Assembly: GCA_051382335.1 (NCBI GenBank)
Contig: JBBCAX010000342.1
Coordinates: 1 to 27,874, forward strand
Reading direction: 5' to 3'
DNA: 27,874 bases
Source of the DNA: Deltaproteobacteria bacterium TL4
GTDB lineage: Bacteria; SAR324; NAC60-12
The notes under the pieces are model-generated. The model was not told where the DNA came from. It saw only the letters and a program-made list of their open reading frames with translations, and searched no databases. Positions 9,762-18,528 of this stretch are shown one piece after another (within the stretch, counting starts at the first letter, position 1; every line of letters starts with the position of its first letter). The translations under genes and the position numbers were made by a program.

Positions 9762-10127
9762 ATGAAATCGAAAATAATGATTGTGGATGATGAAAAGCCT
9801 ATTAGGGAGTTAGTAGCGTTTAGGCTGGAAAATCAGGGTTTCCAGTGCACGAATGTGGAAAATGGAACAGAGGCTTTGAGAGTCATTCGAACAAATCGTC
9901 CGAGTTTGGTTATTCTGGACGTCATGCTGCCCGACATCAATGGGTTGGAGGTCTGTAAGACAATAAAATCCAATCCGGAGACCCAGGCGATCAAGGTTCT
10001 TTTATTAAGCGCGAAAGGTCAGCAGGAAGATCAAGACAAGGGCTTTGCGGCGGGAGCTGATGCTTATATCACCAAACCTTTTCTCGCAAAACAACTGCTT
10101 AACGCGATGGAGCGGGTTTTGATCTGA
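9762..10127 (+). CDS. Single-domain response regulator
   Basis: IMIVDDE, ILDVMLP, LLSAK, YITKPF; AAGGAGG RBS. Confidence 0.95.
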   Translation: MKSKIMIVDDEKPIRELVAFRLENQGFQCTNVENGTEALRVIRTNRPSLVILDVMLPDINGLEVCKTIKSNPETQAIKVLLLSAKGQQEDQDKGFAAGADAYITKPFLAKQLLNAMERVLI

Positions 10128-10167
10128 GTGGACCTTGACCGTGGTTTCACCTTTGTCCGCTTTCATG

Positions 10168-10589
10168 ATTTAAATAAATTCAAAAAACTCATCCTGTTGC
10201 GTGATCCGTTTAAACAACGCTGTGGTTACCCACTTAACCCGGGACACCTCGATGGTAGGCCGGAACTACGTGTCCGGCAACCTCAACGCTCAGAAAAGCG
10301 GGGCATGTAATCCCCGCCTACCAATGTCCCGCTTTGTAAGAAAGTGGTAGAAGGGGACTACGTGCCCCTCATTTTGCCGGGCATGTAATCCCGGCCTACC
10401 AATTACTTTCATGCTTCGTTGTGAGACTTGTCTCATGTAGGTTAAGTGGGTAGCCAACGCTGTTTCAGGAGTGCCAAAGCTTGCTTTGGCCAGAAAGGCG
10501 AAGGCCTTTCTTGGGCTTTGGCCAAAGTAAGCTTTGCTACTCCACAGCCTGGGTTAGACTCAAAGGAATTTATTTAAAGGAACGTCTAT
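10168..10589 (+). mobile_element. MITE family B copy interrupted by a family C element
   Basis: 10168-10223 and 10456-10589 align colinearly with the intact copy at 19893-20087. Confidence 0.9.
10224..10455. mobile_element. MITE family C, 232 bp, 16-bp TIRs, 8-bp target duplication
   Basis: Ends GGTTACCCACTTAACC / GGTTAAGTGGGTAGCC; AACGCTGT at 10216-10223 and 10456-10463; two internal GGTAG...CTACC REP pairs. Confidence 0.92.
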
Positions 10590-10644
10590 AGATTAATTTA
10601 AACTGTAAAGATTAAGAAAAGAAAGAGGCCTTTTTCAACTTCAA

Positions 10645-10719
10645 ATATCAGTCGTTGCTGATGGCAATTACCAAAGATCCAAAACTTACCTCACCAACCC
10701 TTTTCTCGCAAAACAACTG
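10645..10719 (+). repeat. Chimeric 75-bp segment: copy 2 of the 40-bp repeat joined to a 35-bp copy of the response regulator 3' region
   Basis: 10645-10684 equals 794-833; 10685-10719 matches 10063-10097 at 32/35 positions. Confidence 0.9.
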
Positions 10720-10721
10720 AT

Positions 10722-10825
10722 TATAGTGCTCAAGGAAAGTTTTGCCCTGGGAACGAGGGCCTCTTGCCCTCACCGGAGGGCGGGACGCCCTCGTTCCCAG
10801 GACAAAACTTTTCTGGACAACTATA
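10722..10825. mobile_element. Repeat family A, complete TA-bounded MITE-like copy
   Basis: TATAGTGCTCAAGGAAAGTTTTG / CAAAACTTTTCTGGACAACTATA imperfect IRs around CTGGGAACGAGGGC...GCCCTCGTTCCCAG. Confidence 0.8.
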
Positions 10826-11067
10826 ATTATAACTGTTTATAAGATATTAGGCGATAACTCATGAATAGTGTGGGACTTTCTCCTTAGATATATTAAAGGG
10901 AAAATAAACATAAAAATAAGTTGGACCTGAATCGCTTCGTGCAATAGCTTACTCGAACAATGTAATGAAATCAGAAAACTTGGTTCCTAAGCTCGTAGCT
11001 CGCTACGGCCAAAAATTTTCAGAGGCTTTCAACATTCGAAATTTACATCCTATAATTCGGAATAATC

Positions 11068-11760
11068 ATGAAAGACACTTCGTGGAAGATGAAGCCCAAT
11101 AAACCTAAGGCAATTATGCTTGCCAAACGTCAATTGGCCGAACTGGTTTATGATGCTGTCAATCTGGAAGGAATTCACTTTACCTTGCCTGAAGTACAAA
11201 CATTACTAGAAGGAATCACCGTTGGTGGACATAAAATAACGGATCAACAAATAGCGTTGAATCAAGCGGATACATGGAAAAGTATCTTCAAATTGGCAGA
11301 AAACAATCAGTTTGAGATATCAATGGAACAAGTCTGTAGCCTTCATCGAATTGCTGGTAAAGATGAAGCTTTGGAATGGGGAAAATTTCGAACCGGCGGA
11401 GTGACTATCGCTGGCACAGAATATATGCCCCCTTCGGCAAAGCTATTACCGGAATTGTTCTCAAAAATGCTCGATGACGCTGCAAAAATAATCGACATTT
11501 ATGATCAAGCCATCCATTTCTTTCTGACAATGGCCAGATACCAATTTTTTTATGATGTCAATAAACGAATGGGACGTTTTATTATGAATGGGGTGTTATT
11601 AACTCATGGATATCCAGCCATCAATCTTCCTGCAAAGAGACAGTTGGAATTTAATCAATTAATGCTCACTTTTTATGAAACAGGTGTTCAACAGCCGCTG
11701 AATGTTTTTTTACGTTCTTGCCTGGATCAACGAATTATTAAAATCATGAAGGAAGAATAA
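11068..11760 (+). CDS. Fic/Doc family protein with non-canonical motif
   Basis: VNLEGIHFTLPEVQTLLEG N-terminal element, LHRI...GKFRTGGV flap, QFFYDVNKRMGR in place of HxFxDGNGRxxR. Confidence 0.88.
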   Translation: MKDTSWKMKPNKPKAIMLAKRQLAELVYDAVNLEGIHFTLPEVQTLLEGITVGGHKITDQQIALNQADTWKSIFKLAENNQFEISMEQVCSLHRIAGKDEALEWGKFRTGGVTIAGTEYMPPSAKLLPELFSKMLDDAAKIIDIYDQAIHFFLTMARYQFFYDVNKRMGRFIMNGVLLTHGYPAINLPAKRQLEFNQLMLTFYETGVQQPLNVFLRSCLDQRIIKIMKEE

Positions 11761-11912
11761 AATTCATGAAATGAGCGGTTTCTAAATATTTTCGAGCGGT
11801 GCAGGTACCTTTTTAAAACCACGAAAAACACTAAAAACACGGCACCTTTCAAAAGTAGTTAACCGTTGGAAGACTCGTTTTACCCACCCCTGTCCTAGGC
11901 CCTAGAATTTTG

Positions 11913-12716
11913 CTATGCATTGCGCTCTTTGCGTCTTTGTGACTTTGCGTTCATGATTTGTAATAGCTTGTTATAATCTTGGACTGTATCCACTTCAAAC
12001 CATTGTTTTTGGTGGAGATTGCAGCAAACAGGATAGCCTCGGTCGAGTAATTCACTAAAAAAGTCGGTCAGATAAGCTTTTTCCCAGGCGAGACTCTTTT
12101 GGAAAGGCTGAGCTTTTCGATAGCGTGCGTCTATTTCCTCAAAAACCTGAATAAAAGTCTGACAAAAGTTTTTAGATAATTTAAACAAACCAATAAACTC
12201 GCCACACATTTGACCCTCTTTGACATTCCGGGGGTTGATATGTTTTCCAATTTCAAGCAATCTTCCCTGAGCGTCATAGAGCGCGTTTTCAGCCTGTTCC
12301 ACGGGATGATCCGTTCTGCCAAGGTAGGTTTCTTCCCAGCACGAATCCACAGAAACAACCACCTCTTCGGTCCTCAGGGAAATTTGCGTTATTAATGGTT
12401 CCTCGATCCATATATCGGAATAGATAATCACGGTATCCTCATTCATAAAGGATCGGGCATACATCAGGGAATGGAGGACATTATTGTTTTGATAATCAGC
12501 GTTCTGAAAATAGTGGACGTTCTCCAGCTTGATTTTTTCAGCAAGATACCCCACGACAATGGCAATCTCCTGGATTCCGGCTTTTCTTAAAAGTCGGATT
12601 GTATTTTCCAAAATAGAAGTTCCCGCAATTTTCAACAAGCACTTGGGATTATCTTTGGTTAATTCGCCTAATCGTTTTCCAAAACCCGCAGCGATAATGA
12701 TGGCTTTCATAGCCAT
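11913..12716 (-). CDS. Phosphocholine/phosphonate cytidylyltransferase-like nucleotidyltransferase
   Basis: AIIIAAGFGKRL...PKCLL, VVGY, NADYQNNNVLHSL, YSD, GEFIGL, WFEVDTVQD; AAGGAG RBS. Confidence 0.85.
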   Translation of the reverse strand: MAMKAIIIAAGFGKRLGELTKDNPKCLLKIAGTSILENTIRLLRKAGIQEIAIVVGYLAEKIKLENVHYFQNADYQNNNVLHSLMYARSFMNEDTVIIYSDIWIEEPLITQISLRTEEVVVSVDSCWEETYLGRTDHPVEQAENALYDAQGRLLEIGKHINPRNVKEGQMCGEFIGLFKLSKNFCQTFIQVFEEIDARYRKAQPFQKSLAWEKAYLTDFFSELLDRGYPVCCNLHQKQWFEVDTVQDYNKLLQIMNAKSQRRKERNA

Positions 12717-12816
12717 AGCCTACTCCTTTCAAACAAATAAACCTGATGAAGATCGTTCCTTCCGGCAGATATTCCGGAAGTATCAGTTCATTTCTGGAAA
12801 CTCAAGTACAATTCCA

Positions 12817-12840
12817 GGCTACTCACTTAAACCGGAACAC
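12817..12840 (+). repeat. Isolated left end of MITE family C
   Basis: GGCTACTCACTTAAACCGGAACAC versus GGTTACCCACTTAACCCGGGACAC at 10224. Confidence 0.75.
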
Positions 12841-12874
12841 AGGGCAATACCCCAATACCCGTTTATGAAATCAT

Positions 12875-12939
12875 GTTCGTAGTTCCGCCTTTAGGCGGTA
12901 AGCCTTGCAGAAAAGCCGCCTAAAGGCGGAACTACGAAC
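12875..12939. repeat. GTAG-family REP doublet (REPIN-like)
   Basis: GTTCGTAGTTCCGCCTTTAGGCGG / CCGCCTAAAGGCGGAACTACGAAC, perfect 24-bp inverted pair. Confidence 0.9.
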
Positions 12940-12999
12940 TTTTCACAAGGACTTCATAAAAACTCGCTATAATTTTATAAGTGGCTGTAATTAAAATAC

Positions 13000-13214
13000 T
13001 TAGGAATGAGAATTAAATAACTTCCCCTTTGAGACATGGTCGTTTTTTTGTTTAGAGGCCTGCGATGGACAATGAACGGAGTGCAAAAGCTTGCTTTTGC
13101 CAGAAATGACCTGAGTTGGGCAAAAGCAAGCTTTTGCACTCCTACTCCATCGTGAAATTCCGATAAAATGAAGGGCCAGAGCAAATGGGGAAGTTATTTA
13201 ATTCTCATTCCTTA
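13000..13214. mobile_element. MITE family D with perfect 26-bp TIRs and internal GGAG REP pair
   Basis: AGGAATGAGAATTAAATAACTTCCCC at 13002-13027 inverted at 13187-13212; GGAGTGCAAAAGCTTGCTTTTGCC pair at 13078-13142. Confidence 0.88.
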
Positions 13215-13301
13215 TTATTATTTCCCCAATTTCATTCACGGGTATTGGGCAATACCCATGAGTGAAATCTGATTCATTGAAAATTTCAGTATATTACGTA
13301 T

Positions 13302-13379
13302 TTTAGTCCCGTAGTGACGATTGAAAATAGCCCAGCGATAAATCGCTGGGCTATTTTCAATCGTCACTACGGGACTAAA
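13302..13379. repeat. Perfect 78-bp palindrome
   Basis: 38-bp arms TTTAGTCCCGTAGTGACGATTGAAAATAGCCCAGCGAT, 2-nt loop. Confidence 0.95.
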
Positions 13380-13471
13380 TAAATCCTTGATCCCCTGACG
13401 GAGAACATGCAATAAGTAAAAGAAACGCTTGTGATGACACAACTTGATAACCCCTCTTCCCAGAGAATCCT

Positions 13472-15892
13472 ATGAAAGCAACAAAAGCAAAGTTTGAAAA
13501 ACAATTGGAAGTCTATGCCCAGTGGCTTTGCCAATACCCAAAACTCGTCATTACGGGGATGTTGATTTTGACCTTAGTCTTGGGAGGTTTTGCTGTCAAC
13601 CTCCGCGTTGATATGTCGAATGATGCCAACTTCCGCAAGGATGATCCCGTTTTTGTCACCTATGAGGCCTTCCGCAAACAATTCGGCCGTGATGAAATCA
13701 TTATGGTGACCATCACCCCTCCCCAGGTGTTTGACCCTCAATTTTTAAAGGATCTGCAAACGTTGCATAAAACCCTTGAAAAAGAAGTTCCTTATATTGA
13801 CGACGTGACTTCCTTAATCAACATAACCTCCATTGAAGGCAAAGAGAAGGAACTCCTCGTTGGAGAACTCTTTAAAAACTGGCCTGAAACGAAGGAGGAT
13901 TTAGAAATCATTAAAAACAAGGTTTTGTCCAATCACCAGTACCGTGATTTTTTAATTTCTGAAGATGGCAAAACCACCGCGCTCGTCATACGTTCTGTCG
14001 CGTTCATCCAGGAGGGCGGACCAAAGGGAAGCGTCGCAGGCGATGAGTTTATTGAAGATGAGGAAAGTAACAGCGGCGTGCAGACTCAGGGGAGGCTGAT
14101 TGGGCAAGATGAAAACTCTGAGTTTGCTTTGGCGATCAAACGAATCGCTGATGACTTTCAAAAAAAGCATCCTGACTCCAAAGTCTATTATTCAGGATTT
14201 CCGCTTTTAGTTGATGATATTGTTCAAGCCATGAACAAGGAAGCCCCTGTTTTCATCCTGGCTTCCGGTTTATTTGTGGTTTTTTTATTGTACTACCTGT
14301 TCAAACGTGTGAGCTGTATCATCTACCCTTTGTCCGTCGTCTACCTTCCTTTGATTGCGACCATGGGTCTGATGGGAATATTTGACGCGCCTGTGACCAC
14401 CTTGACTCAGGCCTTACCTCAAATTCTGTTGGCGGTGGCGATTGGCGACAGTGTGCATTTCTTAAGCATTTTTTTTATGAAATACGATGAAATCCATGAC
14501 AAAAAAGCGTCGCTGGTGTATTCGATGGGACATTCAGGCTTAGGAATGATCATGACCTCCCTGACGACTGCGGCAGGACTGTATTCCTTTGCCACGTCAA
14601 CCATTCCTCCCATTTCCGATATGGGAATTTTTGGAGGAACCGCTGTGATGCTGGCCCTCCTCTATACCTTCACCTTCCTTCCCGCGGCCATCTACATTAC
14701 GCCGCTCAAAGAGAAGCCCTTGGCGAAAGGCTCCGTTGCAAAACTGGATAACATGATCGCGGGAATGGGCAACATTGCCATCCGATACCCTTGGACTGTG
14801 ATACTCATAAGCGCGATTACTGGAGTGATCGGACTTTATGGAACCTCGTTGTTAAAATTTTCCCACGATCCGTTGCGCTGGTTTCATGAAGACGAGGACC
14901 CTAGAGCCTTCACTGAAAAAGTGGATGAACTCATGAAAGGTGCCATGTCTATGGAGATCTTGGTAGATACACAAAGGGTTAATGGACTGTATGAACCGGA
15001 GATTCTCAATAAGATTGAAGCCATGGAAACGTATGCAAAAACCCTGAGAGATGGAAACCTGTACATCGGCAAGGCCTCATCCATCGTCGATACCATTAAA
15101 GAAATACACCAGGCCCTCAACGAAAATAATCCTGAATATTACAAAATACCCCAGGATAAAAATTTGATTGCCCAGGAACTGTTCCTCTTTTCCAGCGGTG
15201 GTTCCGACGATTTGGAAGAGATTATCGATAACCAGTACAGCATGGCCCGGGTGACGTTCAAACTTCCCTGGACTGATGCCAATGAAACCTCCCGTCTGGT
15301 GTCTCAATTGGAAAACAAATTTAAAGAAACGTTCGAGGGCACAGCGAAAATCACAGTCACCGGTGTGGTGGCTTTGCTCACCCGTGTCCTGGCTAATACG
15401 ATGGAGAGCATGGTGGAAAGTTATATTATTGCCGCAGGAATGATTACTCTATTCATGATCATTACGATGGGGAGTTTGCGCATTGGACTGTTGAGTATGA
15501 TGCCCAATTTTCTGCCTGTCATTCTCGGCATGGCGCTCATGGGGTTTTGCCATATACCGCTGGATATGGCGTCCATCATCATTGCCTGTATTGTCATGGG
15601 ATTAGTCGTCGATGACACCACTCATTTCATCCATAACTTCTTGCGATATTTTCACCAAAACGGAGACGCCGTTAGTGCCGTACAACGAACCCTCCAAACG
15701 GTTGGTCGTTCCATGCTGTTTACCTCCATCGTTCTTTCAGGTTCCTTTTTCGTATTCCTGTGGAGCAGTTTGAATCACATGTTCATCTTTGGATTGATCA
15801 GTGGTTTTATTGTGGTCGTTGCGCTACTGTACGATCTGATCTTATCGCCTGCGATGATGATCATTATCGCTAGGACTTTTAAAAATGTTTAA
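13472..15892 (+). CDS. MMPL-family RND transporter
   Basis: 806 aa, two repeats of TM, large periplasmic loop and 5 TMs; IGDSVH, TSLTTAAG and GLVVDDTTHF motifs. Confidence 0.9.
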   Translation: MKATKAKFEKQLEVYAQWLCQYPKLVITGMLILTLVLGGFAVNLRVDMSNDANFRKDDPVFVTYEAFRKQFGRDEIIMVTITPPQVFDPQFLKDLQTLHKTLEKEVPYIDDVTSLINITSIEGKEKELLVGELFKNWPETKEDLEIIKNKVLSNHQYRDFLISEDGKTTALVIRSVAFIQEGGPKGSVAGDEFIEDEESNSGVQTQGRLIGQDENSEFALAIKRIADDFQKKHPDSKVYYSGFPLLVDDIVQAMNKEAPVFILASGLFVVFLLYYLFKRVSCIIYPLSVVYLPLIATMGLMGIFDAPVTTLTQALPQILLAVAIGDSVHFLSIFFMKYDEIHDKKASLVYSMGHSGLGMIMTSLTTAAGLYSFATSTIPPISDMGIFGGTAVMLALLYTFTFLPAAIYITPLKEKPLAKGSVAKLDNMIAGMGNIAIRYPWTVILISAITGVIGLYGTSLLKFSHDPLRWFHEDEDPRAFTEKVDELMKGAMSMEILVDTQRVNGLYEPEILNKIEAMETYAKTLRDGNLYIGKASSIVDTIKEIHQALNENNPEYYKIPQDKNLIAQELFLFSSGGSDDLEEIIDNQYSMARVTFKLPWTDANETSRLVSQLENKFKETFEGTAKITVTGVVALLTRVLANTMESMVESYIIAAGMITLFMIITMGSLRIGLLSMMPNFLPVILGMALMGFCHIPLDMASIIIACIVMGLVVDDTTHFIHNFLRYFHQNGDAVSAVQRTLQTVGRSMLFTSIVLSGSFFVFLWSSLNHMFIFGLISGFIVVVALLYDLILSPAMMIIIARTFKNV

Positions 15893-15958
15893 TAGACATC
15901 TTTCCTAAATAAACGCTGGATTTTAGTAGGTTTACGGGAACCCTGACAGGGTGCCGCT

Positions 15959-16012
15959 GGCTACTCACTTAACCTACATGAGACTTGTCTCATGTAGGTT
16001 AAGTGGGTAGCC
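15959..16012. mobile_element. Minimal 54-bp palindromic derivative of MITE family C
   Basis: GGCTACTCACTTAACCTACATGAGAC-TT-GTCTCATGTAGGTTAAGTGGGTAGCC; the right part is identical to the 3' end of 10224-10455; no target duplication. Confidence 0.85.
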
Positions 16013-16207
16013 CATTGAGAGATGTAAATTGACTCCTCAAGTGTTTGAATTATTTGTTAAAGATCACAATTTGACTCATCCGCATATTGGAGAACTCGAA
16101 GCTCTTTGTTTCTGTTACAATCACAAGATTTCTTTCATTTTGACAGACGATCTAGCCGTAAGGGAGTCCGCCAAAATGTTGAATATTACTCCTGTGGGTT
16201 CATTGGG
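16013..16207 (+). pseudogene. Internal fragment of a PIN-like (DUF3368-type) nuclease gene
   Basis: IGELEALCFC...ILTDDLAVRESAKMLNITPVGSLG matches the GE-x-EA / DD / G(T/S)LG pattern; no N-terminus; both ends abut MITE sequence. Confidence 0.75.
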
Positions 16208-16255
16208 ATCTCGCAACAGGATGAGTTTTCTGAATATATTTTAATGAACCTCTAT
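16206..16255 (-). repeat. Left end of MITE family B, inverted
   Basis: Reverse complement ATAGAGGTTCATTAAAATATATTCAGAAAACTCATCCTGTTGCGAGATCC versus 19893-19942. Confidence 0.85.
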
Positions 16256-16260
16256 ATGTT

Positions 16261-17286
16261 TTAAACAGGCTCCAGGAGTAGATCCTGTAAGGCGCTGCAT
16301 TTGGCCTCGTCCAGATCCAGTGCCTCTTTCAAATAGGCATCCAAGGAACCATAAGTTTGGTTTACACCATCAAAAGCTCCCTGTATATAATCCTTATGAA
16401 CGACAAACAACGGAATTAAGGGTTCAGGCATTTGCGCTTGTGTCGATAACGAATTTAACCAATTTTTGGTGAAGGCACTGGTGAGGATGTAATCATACAG
16501 TACGATATTTTCAGGAACCCCTAACGCGGATAATAAGAGCACAGAGGCAATGCCAGTACGATCTTTTCCACCAATACAATGAAAAAGCAGAGGGAGGTTG
16601 CTGGAATCTAGCAGTTTATTGAAGATTTCTTTAAACTGGTAAGTGAACTTAAGGATATAGTCTTGATAGACATCAATCATTACCTGGTGATAATCAATCC
16701 CCTTCAACGGATCCACTTCAAGTTTTTTTCGAATTAGCCCAGGGTCGAGTCGTTCATCGTAGATAGGTAAATGGATGCTTTGAATCTGATTATTTTCAGG
16801 CAAGCGATTCACGGCTTTTTTTCGCTCTTCTTCGTGACGTAAATCACAGAGAACTTTAATTTTCAAGGATTCCAATAATTCAAGGTCCTCATTATTCAGA
16901 CGAAGAAGTTGATCTGAACGGAAAACCGTTCCCCATTTTACCTTTCTTCCATCTTTGGTCGGGTATCCGCCTAAATCCCTAAAATTGTAACACCCTTTAA
17001 ATGGAATTTTTCTTTCAGCAATAACAAATGATTTTCTGTCGGAGTTTGATAATTGCAGGTTAAAAAAGGGTCTGAACGGCGGATGATAACCTGAAATGAT
17101 AAGCTTATTGCCGTCGGAGTGAAAAGAGGTTATTTCGTCGCTCATTAAACCAGGGCGTTCGCCACCGGTAATAGACAAAACCTCTGTCCCTGCTTTCAAG
17201 CTTCGAATCACAAAGTTACCTGAACCATCTCTTTCAACCCACTCTTTTGCGAATTCACGTTCCATCAATCTTAATCCTTTCCTCAA
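16261..17286 (-). CDS. Tyrosine-protein phosphatase (PtpB/IphP-like); start possibly at MEREF
   Basis: NFRDLGGY, FRSD, DLR and P-loop HCIGGKDRTG. Confidence 0.92.
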   Translation of the reverse strand: MRKGLRLMEREFAKEWVERDGSGNFVIRSLKAGTEVLSITGGERPGLMSDEITSFHSDGNKLIISGYHPPFRPFFNLQLSNSDRKSFVIAERKIPFKGCYNFRDLGGYPTKDGRKVKWGTVFRSDQLLRLNNEDLELLESLKIKVLCDLRHEEERKKAVNRLPENNQIQSIHLPIYDERLDPGLIRKKLEVDPLKGIDYHQVMIDVYQDYILKFTYQFKEIFNKLLDSSNLPLLFHCIGGKDRTGIASVLLLSALGVPENIVLYDYILTSAFTKNWLNSLSTQAQMPEPLIPLFVVHKDYIQGAFDGVNQTYGSLDAYLKEALDLDEAKCSALQDLLLEPV

Positions 17287-17511
17287 GAGTTATCAGCGTT
17301 GTTGGCAGCGAAATTCTGATAAGGAACTCCACTCTCTAACACAGGAGAATCTTAGCGTAGGGAGTGTTGTTACTCAAGGTTTATGTAAAAACAAGTCAGA
17401 ACCTTCTTGGAAAAACAAGTTGAAATTCATTGGATGATATGCCATGATCCGCACCCTGAAGCACCTCCAATAAAACGATTCTTCTACAACTTCAATCCAT
17501 TAAAGGATGAT

Positions 17512-18282
17512 ATGCCAAGTAAATTTTTTGATGTTCCTCACACTTCTTTTGAGACGTCTCAAGGAAATGTGGATTTACCTATTTTGTATTATGAGGGTTC
17601 TGCCGTATTCGTGTTTTTTTTGGTGGATACGAAACGGGTTTTACCCAAACTGAAAGGAACAGGCTTAAAGCCCTATCCTGTTTTTCCCGGGAAAACTCTG
17701 GCAGGCATCGCCGCCTTTGAATACAGGGACTCCAGTATCGGGAGTTACAATGAAGTTGGGATTGCACTCTTGGTCTATCCTGAAAAAACCATCGTTCCGC
17801 CTTTAATCCCTTTGCAGTTTTTAAAGAAAAGCCGATCTCGAAATTGGGGATTTTACATTCTGGACTTACCTGTAACCCTTGCTTCAGCACATGTGGCAGG
17901 AAGTGAGCTTTGGGGATATCCAAAATTTGTGACAGATATTTCTTTTGACCTCACGGACCGTTGGTTTGAATGCTCTGTCCTTGATCCAGAAATCCATGCT
18001 CCAATAATGACGGTATCCGGAGATCTAACGCCTGGTATCAAATTGCAAGGCCTAGATCTCGTGCTGTTTTCACATCTTCAAACATCAATGTTGAAAACGA
18101 TCATAGACGTGAACGCAACATTCAAAACCTCCGTTGCTCACGGAATTCAATTACAAACAGGTTCCAGCCAACATCGCATGACTCAAAATCTCAAAGAGCT
18201 GGGCCTAGGGGAGACCTCTCCCTTTTTGATTCAAACTTCAGCCGATTTCCAATCCCGTCTCAATGCGGGAGAAAGACGTTAG
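17512..18282 (+). CDS. Acetoacetate decarboxylase-fold protein
   Basis: FEYRDSSIGSYNEVGI and GSELWGYPKF; start moved from 17407 to the ATG preceded by AAAGGA. Confidence 0.85.
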   Translation: MPSKFFDVPHTSFETSQGNVDLPILYYEGSAVFVFFLVDTKRVLPKLKGTGLKPYPVFPGKTLAGIAAFEYRDSSIGSYNEVGIALLVYPEKTIVPPLIPLQFLKKSRSRNWGFYILDLPVTLASAHVAGSELWGYPKFVTDISFDLTDRWFECSVLDPEIHAPIMTVSGDLTPGIKLQGLDLVLFSHLQTSMLKTIIDVNATFKTSVAHGIQLQTGSSQHRMTQNLKELGLGETSPFLIQTSADFQSRLNAGERR

Positions 18283-18528
18283 AGTCTCAGAAAAACGTTT
18301 CTACAGCGTTTTGATAGCGTTCTTTTTTAAAGAATCCGTCAGGAAATTGTCTAAAATAAAAATTCAAATAATGCTTGATGATCGCTTGTTAAGTAGATAA
18401 GAACTATTTAGTATCGCTGTCATCAGGTAGCTTTTATGAGTCGCTGTGAACTGATTCATCTGAGGGGATCTGACGTTCGTGATAGGTGTCAATGTCTTTT
18501 TTTTTTACTAATTATCGTTGAGGAAAAT

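Larger units (their letters stand above)
12853..13247. mobile_element. 395-bp non-autonomous element with 19-bp TIRs and 10-bp target duplication
   Basis: CAATACCCGTTTATGAAAT / ATTTCATTCACGGGTATTG (2 mismatches); GGCAATACCC at 12843-12852 and 13248-13257. Confidence 0.8.

Noticed and set aside
10128..10310. 60-aa ORF after the response regulator
   Set aside because: Mostly MITE B and C sequence.
10962..11055. LVARYGQKFSEAFNIRNL, faintly like a DUF1016 N-terminal fragment
   Set aside because: Too short and divergent to support without a profile search.
12975..13442. ORFs 12975-13184 and 13236-13442
   Set aside because: They lie over MITE D and the palindrome.
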